From Octopus sinensis (taxonomy: Eukaryota), in assembly GCF_006345805.1 (NCBI RefSeq), contig NW_021832651.1, positions 1-31,269 of the forward strand: a stretch of 31,269 nucleotides of DNA. Reading direction: 5' to 3'. Each line of letters starts with the position of its first letter. The stretch's first letter is position 1. The notes beneath the pieces are model-generated. The model saw only the letters and a program-made list of their open reading frames with translations, searched no databases and had not been told where the DNA came from. A program made the translations under genes and the position numbers. Of the stretch, positions 21,456 through 31,269 are shown piece by piece.

Positions 21456-22517
21456 TTAGGATGTGGAATGTTCGTATCAGCTAACACGGACTGTGTCATC
21501 ATAATACTGTCCACGAAGCGTTGATAGGAGCAAGCTTGTCCAGAGAAGTCGGTGGGCTGGCAAATCGGCAGGTGGGAGAGTCAGACCCATACCAACCGAA
21601 AGTTTGTAGGGCGCTAGACGAAAAGACAGGTTAAACTGCTTGGGGTCTGGTTGCTCTTGACCTCGGGGTGGACAACAGGGTGGAAGGTGACGAACAGGAT
21701 AGTCGATCTCACCCAGAAGTTGGCAGAGAGGAAGCTGTTCGTGAAGGGTCGAGTCGAGGTGGCGATGCGTACATCGCTTCCGTCATCTATGACTGCCTGA
21801 ATGTAGTCCCATGCCCGATAAAGTTAGAGCGTTTGTTATTCCTCTCTAAAGAAGGGACGTGTTCCGCTCATCAGACGGTCCATCTTCTGTCAACAACCTA
21901 TCAGTGGAGTACTGGACATGCCGTTGCTAATGATTCGCAGACATGCGCTGAGACTGCGTTTTTTAGCGGTGAGAATAGGGGATGACTGTTGTCAAACGGG
22001 ACATTCTGCGGCTCGTCTCACTGAAGAACTACAGTACTGAGTCAAGCGTTGGCCAAGAAAGGTCGCTTGGCACCTGGAGTGTCGGCAAGCTCTCACAGCT
22101 TTTCGGCCTGTCGGGCAACGCGGGCGTTGATAGTTCACCTTGGATTTCTATAGGGGATAGTAGAGGGAAAGAACAACGACGAATCGGGGTAAATTCTAGG
22201 CGTTGGTAGAGGGAATCAACAACTGGTCCTTAATTCCAGAAATCCCTGGCCTAGGCAGTGCTACCGCGGAGCTCTGCCGATTCAAGACAGCTCTGGATAC
22301 GAAAGTGTTGTCGGACGGATATGTCGGGGGGTGTGTGCGCAGGGCGATGAAATAGTCCTGCATGCACTCGTCCATCCAGTTTACGTGCCGAGTTCATTGT
22401 AAAGATCGCCCCGCCACCTTCTTTAGGCCGGAAGGAAAAGCAGTTTCTTCTGCCCGGTGGCTAAACAAGTGTGTGGTGGACGAGACGGAAAACATTAAAG
22501 ATTAAACCTCCTTCACA
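21456..22517 (+). mobile_element. Tx1 relic T3, copy B
   Basis: Collinear with 10651-11729. Confidence 0.8.
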
Positions 22518-22871
22518 ATGAAATTATGTCATTTAATTTATCATTTAATTATCATAAATATTCACTTCAGTTTTATATTAAAGAAATCATAGATATGGTT
22601 ATGTATCTCATTGCATCACAACAAAACACACAGACACACACACACACGCACACAGACACACACACGATACTGGAAGACAAGCTTTTCTTTCAATTCCTTT
22701 TTTATCTTTCACTTTTTGCAGAAGGCATCAAGAATACTGGAGACTTTCTCAGATAAATACGTAAACAGTTTAGAGGCCCCTACATGTTTTCCTCTCCTCT
22801 CCTCATCCTATATGAAAATAGGACATCAAACTATTGAATGTTTGGGTACAGATGAGCTCTCTCTCTCTCTT

Positions 22872-23268
22872 TTTTACTCTTTACTTGTTTCAGTGATTTG
22901 AATGTGGCCGTGATGGAGCACCGCCTTTTGTCGAGTAAATCGACCCAAGGACTTATTCATGTAAGCCTAGTACTCTTCTATCGGTCTCTTTTGCCGAACC
23001 GCTAACTTACAGGGACATAATCACACCAGCATCGGTTGTCAAGCGATGTGGGGGGGGGACAAACACTGACACACAAACAAACATAGAAATATATATAGCA
23101 TATATACAACGGGCTTCTTTCAGTTTCCGTCTACTAAATCCACTCACAAATCTTTAATCGGCCCGAGGCTATAGTATAGAAGACCCCAAAGTGCCACGCA
23201 GGGGGACTGAACCCGGAACAATGTGGTTGGTAAGCAAGCTACTTTACCACACAGCCACTCCCGCGCCT
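22872..23268 (-). mobile_element. SINE-B, copy C
   Basis: Collinear with 1926-2330. Confidence 0.88.
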
Positions 23269-24033
23269 ATAGAAGTTTGGAATATAATTGTGTCCATTAT
23301 TATAATCGTTATATCTCAGTGCATAACACACACACAGGCACAAACACACACACACACACACCCACACACACACACACACACACACACCCACACACATCCA
23401 GGACGTATACACTTGAAGACCCTTCACACCACAAAATCCTCGCCTGTCATCCTTCTTTCGTATAATAATGTGCTACTTTGATAACGAAAATTATTTCCCA
23501 TAACTTTAAAGCTGCTTAAAACCTTTAATTCCTCTTCAGAATTGTTATAATTTCTCTATCATATACTTATTTCACAAACGTAATTCTGAAACGACCTATT
23601 GTTAAATGAATTTGTATCGTTGCTTCCATGTCAATCATTATATATACCATTTAAATCATTATCGTTATTGATAACTTGATTTTCTGAAGTGACACTATCG
23701 TTAAATGAATCTATCGTGCTCAGAGGAAATATTTGGCTGCTATTTCTAGCACATCCAGCTTAAGCTTCAGAGATTCTTCAGGAAGAGAATGGTGGATGAC
23801 AATGTGAACACTGGAGGGTCTAACAAAGAATTTAGAAATGTACTTCATTTTAATGTTGACTTTAGACGTTGTATTTGGGAAGAGATCGATGATCAATAGT
23901 TATCGAGCAAAAGTGAGATGATCCTAACAGATGAAAAATCTATCGTCTGATCGTATAACAATATTTTAATAATTTCCGGTTAATGTCGCCTTTAAACGAT
24001 TTTATGTTCCATAGCTACTAAATTTCTTTGACG

Positions 24034-24070
<37 letters not shown>

Positions 24071-24423
24071 CTCTATAACACGCACGATCAAACACACAGA
24101 CACAAATTTAACACCTTACTACTAAGTGTATTTCACGTTTGTCTACCTCACACACACAATAACACATACACACACAGACACAAATGCAGTTATATACACA
24201 CTCATACACATACACAATCACTCAGAATCATTAACACAAGCACACACCCGCACATCATCATACATACAGCATACATATTGTCCCCTACCTATTTTTACTA
24301 CTCCCTCCTTCTACCCATTTCTGAAGTCATTGCTTATAACGGATTATTTTAAAAAAACACTCATTGTCACTGTGGTCACCATGTAGGCAATCATCAAAAA
24401 TTTTGTTCGTCTTGTGGCTGAAA

Positions 24424-24528
24424 GAGGCTCTTAATCTTTCCTGATGAGAAGATGGCATAATGCACCATTTATTCCTTCGGAATTAAAATTATGCCGTCTT
24501 CGAAACATGTGTCGAGAGTAAAAACCTC
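24424..24528 (+). ncRNA. Type I hammerhead ribozyme, copy C (long stem II)
   Basis: CTGATGA 24441-24447; 14-bp stem II GAAGATGGCATAAT 24448-24461 / ATTATGCCGTCTTC 24488-24501, capped by an inner hairpin ATTCC-TTC-GGAAT; GAAA 24502-24505; GTC 24511-24513; stem I as in copy A. Confidence 0.9.
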
Positions 24529-24696
24529 ATTCGACTCCATTCTTTCATTTATTCATATAAATAACACAAATTTGCACAAAAGAACCCGGAGTTTCTACCC
24601 TTGACAGGTCACTTCAACTGTGTTTTCCGACGTGAATTTGCTACCCAGGTATCGGTTAAACGAATTTTCCATGCTAGGATAATTCATTCACCTACT

Positions 24697-24728
<32 letters not shown>

Positions 24729-25320
24729 CAAATACATGAATATATACGTTTATATAATTCTGATAACTGTGTGTGCGTGTTTATATATATATATATATAT
24801 ATAATATATATATATATACATATATACACACACACACACACACAGATATCACAATTTGTAAAATAGTACTTAGATTATTTCAAGTTAATTTCAGTTACGC
24901 GGATGTAAACAGTCTCATGCAGTTACGCATATACACACACACACATACATACACACATGCAACACCAGACAGTGACATAATTTTCATTTCTCCATTTCTG
25001 CTGGAATGCTAATGTCGGGGAAGAAGGAGGGTATACTGAGTAAGTGAAGGGAATTAAAATGTATCAATCTCACCAAATCCTTAGTACATGGTTATGTAGC
25101 TAATAGCATCACACAAACACACACACACACACACACACAAAACCCTCTTTTTCTTCTTTCTCCCTCCCTCTCTCTCTCTTTCTATCACTTTCTTTCCCCT
25201 CTCTCATTTACACTCTTCCACTATCAACGCCCATCTTTGACTGCTGACGCAAACTTTTCATATCGGATTCATATAATGAGAAATAAAGACGCCAATCTAT
25301 ATTTACACACACACACACAA

Positions 25321-25352
<32 letters not shown>

Positions 25353-26382
25353 GCATAATTGTGTGCTACTTCAATGAAAAAATGTATGGTAAATAAACAA
25401 ATGACGCAATATATATATATGCGCACATATATATATATATAGATATATATAAACATTCACTACCTCTTACGAACAGAGACTAACAGCACTTTATTGGTAA
25501 GTTACGATTTTCATTATATTATATCGGCCTTCTATTGGCCATTGTCCAGTCTCCTCAACGGCATTAAGGATGGGATAAAAAGGTTCTCCACCCTTAAGAC
25601 TTCATAAATTTGTGTCCCCAAATTACCTAAAATGTTTTTTTATGCTTTTATTTTTACTTCAGTAATTTTCAGTTAACCCATTAGCATTGGCACTGGCCAC
25701 GTCGGGCCCAAATATTCTTCCTGTTTTCTGTGGAAACTGAACAGATCAGCCCTTTCACAATCACCATGCAAAGTTATTCTAAAAGTAAGCAATCACATAA
25801 TCAAAATCTCAAAGCTAGAAGATAACGTATGATTAATTGTAAACGATGTGAATAATTAAGTAATTCATCTGAATGTTTAGGGAGTATCCCCTTCTAGCTT
25901 GTACACTTTTTTAAGAACACATTTCAGGTTCGAGGGAGTGGTTAAGAATGTTAGTAGTACAAAAAATCGGGTCGGTATTTTTCTTAGTATTTGACTTTTG
26001 TTAATTATTGTTTGAAGCCGAGAAGGGTCAGATGAGAGTAGAGACGGTTGAAATGCAAAAATTTGAAGAAATTTGTGATGTGTGTTGGAGAGATTTATGA
26101 GGCTGAGAGGAGGATGAAAAATCGATTGATCATAATACTTGGAATAAATTTGGGATGCGTGTTATATATATTTATATTTCTGTGGGTATCTATATATATG
26201 CTGACTACTTAATGTTTTTAATACTGTGTATTAATGTAGGAGTTTATATGTATATATATTGTGCGTATATGTGTGTGTGTTTGCATGTATGTATGTAAGA
26301 GCTTGTATGTATATATTATGTATTTGTAAATGCAATTTTGGATATTTCATACGTATTGCATATGCTTATCTCTCTCTCTCTC

Positions 26383-26487
<105 letters not shown>

Positions 26488-26589
26488 TGTATACATAGAC
26501 ACACACCACACATATTAGCTATTTGGAATGTGTTCACTTGTCGATTGTCAGGTTGACACTTGTTTTACATTACAGCTTGATTTATTTGA

Positions 26590-27320
26590 ATTAGGGAAGT
26601 GCATGAATGTCGGGCAGTATTTATGCTTACGATAAAAAATAACGTCAGAGAATTTAACAGTGAGGATTTGTGGAGGCGAAGAATAGTTAATGACCCTTTT
26701 ATACATAACATACATTTACCTATATTTGTGTTGTATAGGAAAGCTTCACATACTATGGACCACGATAGAGCGTATTGGACATTGTTTTGAATTGAGGTTG
26801 TATATGTGTGTTGCTAAAGATTGAAATAGTTTAGATTTGGGATTAGTGAAAGAATACATATGAGCACGACAACGACATTGAAAATCCTCAGTGCCATAAA
26901 TATACACCTTGCCTGGTGGGTGCATGTGGTAATCACGTGGCACTTATAGATTACGCTTTTGAGGACACAGGTGTCTGCATACCATATATTTCAGAAGCGC
27001 GACAGTTGCAAGTGGTTGGGGTTTACTATTAGTAATGTTGATGTTGGTTGGTTTGTTGTTAGTGGGGAGAATCTAAATTATGATTATATTAGTATCGGAT
27101 TGAGAGGTTGTAATGGAACTAATATTTGTCGTCTCGTAGACAGGGTTGTAGAATGTTGGCTTAAGATTAGTATTATACAAATGAGGTGGCTTATTAAGTT
27201 TGTATTATTGTATTGTGAAGTTAGCTTGGGATTTTGGGGAAAATTTTGGTTTTTATCCACACATAAAGCCTACCGGTGTTTTATAAAGACTTATGGAACC
27301 ACGTGACCGCTGCTAGCTTT
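26590..27320 (-). mobile_element. Penelope-like GIY-YIG relic, copy C
   Basis: ORF 26746..26943(-) contains GKVYIYGTEDFQCRCRAHMYSFTNPKSK; the upstream frame gives CVLKSVIYKCH (SVIYK 26943-26957). Confidence 0.8.
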
Positions 27321-28545
27321 GTTGTTGTTGATGTGTATGTATTTTCAAAATGTTTTATTCTTCAACTTTGAGATGTATTGTTGATTTTTTTTATTTTATC
27401 TTACTATAATCAGCAACAAACACCTTCCGTCAATATTAAATTCTTTATTGGATAAAAAAAAACATTATCAAAACATGAAGTTAAAACAAAACAAATGTGC
27501 TTTGTTTTCTTCCAGGCACAAATGTCCTGTAGCAATAGTCTTTCATCGACCGACCTTCCTCCAAAAAAATCAGTGGAATCATTCGATCTCCATACACAAA
27601 TTATTTTCCTCCTGGAACTAAAAAAAAGTTACACACATTAGGCGCACCTTTCTCTAAGCGGCACACTAAATTTCCCAGGTAAAAAATAGCGGCTTATACA
27701 CCGGAAAATACGGTGTTTCTTTTTTTGTCATATTCATATCGACTTTTCCTCCATAAACGTTACACAAACACTTGACTGCGCATGCCTAAATGTCTACATT
27801 AAAGTATTTTCTAAGCTAAATTCTCTGCCTGATCTACAGGCTCATTAGGCCCCCAGTATATCTCGGTATCGAACGTATTTCAACACACAAGGATACAACA
27901 CACCGGATACCAGTCTGTCGCAATGTTAACCCCTGGTTAATGCTGGTGCTTTTCAGATGAGAGCACTGGAAGTGTCTTTCTCGCGGACACAACTTACCGA
28001 AACAATAATCCATACGCCTATATGTGTGTGCGCTTATGTACATATCTGTGCGTATGTGGGTGTATTTTTGTATGCATGTACACACACACACACACAATCT
28101 TTTATTCTTTTATTCTTTTGCTTATTTAAGGTGAATTTCAAAGTCGTTATGCCAATCACATAATCCCCTTCCGACATAGGCCAAAAGTAAAGCTACGAAA
28201 CTGGAAGAAAACGAAACACCACATGTGACTGGATGGGAAGTAATTGAGAATCCATAACTTATGTGAATGGATCGACTAAATATATGCTTTGTTTAGCTGA
28301 AAGAGTGCATATCCTGTTCAGATCTAAGATGCTTAATTCTCTATTGGACTCTAGGTCGGGAATTTTCAGTCGTTGTCAAGTATAAATATATTTTGAAAAA
28401 CTGAAAAATTCCGTCTATTCTTGATTAAATTTTGATATCTTTTTAGCCTTATAATTCAAGGTCTAACGAGGAGAACTCTTAAATGCTGTTTTTACTTTTC
28501 CCTTTTCCCATTTTCGTTTTTGTGCTTTCGCTTTCCGATTTCCGG

Positions 28546-29864
28546 AACATTCTGCGTAAACGGTGAACAGGTGTGGTCATCGTTTGTCAAACATGCTTTT
28601 CAACATCTCATCTCCTTGAGTAAGCTGCAGTCGTGGGTCAAGAAGAGACCGAGGAAGGGTTACTGGCATCTGGAATGTTGCTAGGCACTCACTGTCCTCT
28701 ACCAGGTGGGCAATGCGATCAGTGGAAAATCCACTCTGAAGTTCTATGGAGGGTTAGTGGAGGGAAAGTGCGATGAAGCACTTGGAGAGACGCTAGGCGT
28801 TGACAAAATTGAACTAACCAGTCTGTTGAGGAGGACTTTCAAGACGGGGATAATGGATAACTTCTAGAAGTCCCTTGCTTTGCAGTGCTATCGGGGGGCA
28901 CTGCCGGATCGAGATAAACTCTACAAGCACGGATTGCTGTCTGACCGACCTACCCGAGTATGCGCAGAGCGATGAAAGCGTTCTGCACGCACTCGTCAGT
29001 GTCTTGCATTACTGACTTGTGGAGTTAGTTGAAAAGCTGTTATTAAGTTTAGGGAGTTTCTATCTATCGATCGGCCGAGTCCGTGTGAAGATCGATCAGC
29101 CACTTTCCTTCAGTCTGGAAGGTCAGGCAATTAACTTCTGTCTAATAGCAGTAGCGAAAGAGGCTGTATTGTGGACCAGGTTAAACTGACTAAAGGCAGA
29201 GAGTTTTCTCTACGGCCAATCACGGGTCATATTTTTTAAATTTCCTTTGGAAAGGAAGATGAGAGTGCAGAGTGAAGTGCTGCCTCCCAGTACATTTGCC
29301 AAAAGGTGGATGAACAGAGAAAATGGTACGTGTGAGTGGACGTACTCTAGTAACGTACCTGTGGGCTAGTGAATTTGAGAGGGAGGAGAGTGCTCTTCCC
29401 AGATGCTCTCGAAGCGTAGAGTGGTTCAGGATTGGGGTGTGGGTACCTGAGCCAACTCCAGGGGATTACCTGCACCTATTACAAAATTTCATTGTTATAT
29501 TCTTTCGTCAGATATCATTGTTATTCTTTTAACTGTGTACTCGTTGTCTCAGCGTTAAATCTCCAGTGTCCATGTCTACTGTATCCTGTTTCTTTACTAC
29601 CACAAGGGGCTAAACACAGAGAGGACAAACAAGGACAGACAAACGGATTAAGTCGATTATATCGACCACAGTGCGTAACTGGTACTTCTTTAATCAACCC
29701 CGAAAGGATGAAAGGCAAAGTCGACCTCGGGGGAATTTGAACTCAGAAGGTAACGGCAGAAGAAATACCGCTTAGCATTTCGCCCGACGTAATAAAGATT
29801 CTGCCAGCTCTCACCGCCTTTTCTACTCTATCTTCTCCGATATGCCGGCCCTATTGGCAAATAA
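28546..29864 (+). mobile_element. Tx1 relic T2, copy C
   Basis: Collinear with 8811-10127; lacks 49 nt present in A between two AACA 4-mers. Confidence 0.8.
29588..29821 (-). mobile_element. SINE-A, copy C
   Basis: Same position and TSD (one mismatch on the right) as copies A and B. Confidence 0.88.
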
Positions 29865-29865
29865 C

Positions 29866-29908
<43 letters not shown>

Positions 29909-29960
29909 TAATAATAATAATAACAATAATAATATTAATAATATAATAATAATAATAATA

Positions 29961-30468
29961 GTAAGGGTTGTTGAAGGATGTTGAACGAAGATGTAGGCCA
30001 TCGTCTTGGTATAGAGGATGGGCTCCAGCAAATATTCTGCTCAATACCACAGATTTGCTTGTCAGTTGCTCGACGTTAACCAGTTGAGCATGTCCCTTAG
30101 TGGCTGAAGATATGTGCATCTCTGATCGCAAGCAGAAGTAGTGGGGGAGTATCATAGCAATGTGTTAAGAGGGATTCTTTGGGGTTTGAATAATTCACCT
30201 CTGGAAACATGGGTGTTTCGTTCAAAATCCTTAAACAACCCTTACTCAGGGACCTTTTGAGCAGGATCTGTTACTCGACCAGAAGAAAATTCTAACTGGG
30301 CCCCACATAGAAGGTCATGTGCTTTTTATATGAGATCATCATGTTTCGCACTTATGGTTGTGACGCATGTGCCTGGTGTACCCTAATCAGACGGGTAGTC
30401 ATGATGGGTATTCTGGGCTTCGTATATTTTACCCTAGTGTCACTTTGATGGCATGCACTGCTCTCTAG

Positions 30469-30470
<2 letters not shown>
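29961..30470 (+). mobile_element. Non-coding insert in the (TAA)n tract, probably the 3' end of a third TAA-associated retroelement
   Basis: Absent from the matching sites in A and B; TAA tracts on both sides (29860-29960, 30471-30525); ends ...GGCATGCACTGCTCTCT. I recall a similar Octopus repeat. No convincing ORF; strand inferred from the TAA polarity. Confidence 0.6.
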
Positions 30471-30505
<35 letters not shown>

Positions 30506-30529
30506 TAATAATAATAATAATAATAATTA

Positions 30530-30569
<40 letters not shown>

Positions 30570-30620
30570 ATTATTACTATTATTATTATTTTTATTATTA
30601 TTATATAATTATTATTGTTA
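30471..30620. repeat. (TAA)n>(TTA)n tract
   Basis: Polarity switches near 30525. Confidence 0.93.
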
Positions 30621-30972
30621 TTGGAAAATTTCTCCGGCTAACATTTCACTCACTTCTTCACAGTAAAATTATATCATTTAATGCAATCGTTAATGTGATA
30701 TTCCCTCCAGTTTCATATTAAAGAAAAGCTTAGGCAGGGTTATGTATATTACATCCACACACGACACACACACCACACACACACACACGAACAATCGTAC
30801 ACATCAACTCTCCTCCTCTTCTTTCCCTCTCTCTCTCTTCTATCACACTCCTCTACCCCTCTCTCATTTTAACTCTTCCACTTCACCGCCAATCATCATA
30901 AACTGCTGACTGAAATTTTCAAATCGAAATTATATAATTAGAAACACAGATAACATATTATATAATATATAT

Positions 30973-31269
30973 TAGGATGTAATGTTCGTATCAGCTAACT
31001 ACGGATACGTCATCATAATACTGTCCACGAATTGTGTTGATAGGAGCAAAGCTTATCCAGGAGAAGTCGGTGGGCCTGCAAATCGGCAGATGGAGAGGCA
31101 GACCCATACCAACCGACAGTTTGTAGGGCGCTAAAGTGAAAGACAGGTTAAACTGTTTGGGGTCTGGTCTGCTGTAGACCCCGAGGTGGGACAACAACGG
31201 GTGGGAGGTGACGAACAGGATAGTCGATCTCACCCAGAAATTGGCAGAGAGGAAGCTGTTCGTGAAGGG
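30973..31269 (+). mobile_element. Tx1 relic T3, copy C (cut by the window edge)
   Basis: Collinear with ~10651-10985. Confidence 0.8.

Larger units (their letters stand above)
11730..22517. repeat. Tandem composite unit B (~10.8 kb; internal deletion plus R4/Dong insertions)
   Basis: 11735-12259 matches 1570-2090; 12255-13235 matches 9152-10127; 20905-21222 matches 10293-10612; 21456-22517 matches 10651-11729. Confidence 0.9.

Overview
AT-rich, microsatellite-rich eukaryotic DNA made almost entirely of transposable elements and their relics; I find no host protein-coding gene. The two tRNA-derived SINE families match ones I recall from Octopus genomes, so an octopus or other coleoid cephalopod is likely (inference). 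From about 1570 to the window end there are three head-to-tail copies of a ~9-11 kb composite unit: A ~1570-11729, B ~11730-22517, C ~22518->31269. A complete unit holds SINE-B, a structurally complete type I hammerhead ribozyme (3455-3539; 24424-24528), a piggyBac-like MITE, a Penelope-like GIY-YIG endonuclease relic, two Tx1/L1-clade ORF2 relics (one with SINE-A nested in its 3' UTR), a (TAA)n>(TTA)n tract, and four diverged copies of an unclassified short module. Unit B lost ~6-7 kb at a 5-bp microhomology and gained ~7.5 kb of R4/Dong-clade retrotransposons in the TAA tract, one apparently full length. In unit C the same tract holds a different 0.5 kb insert; in unit A it is empty. Best leads: the hammerhead, the two-way TAA/TTA insertion site, a SINE sharing its 3' tail with a Tx1-clade LINE, and a ~1 kb inverted repeat. 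Frequent 1-bp indels suggest unpolished long-read sequence, so frameshifts may be artefacts. All alignments and folds were done by eye and family names come from motif recognition, not database searches.
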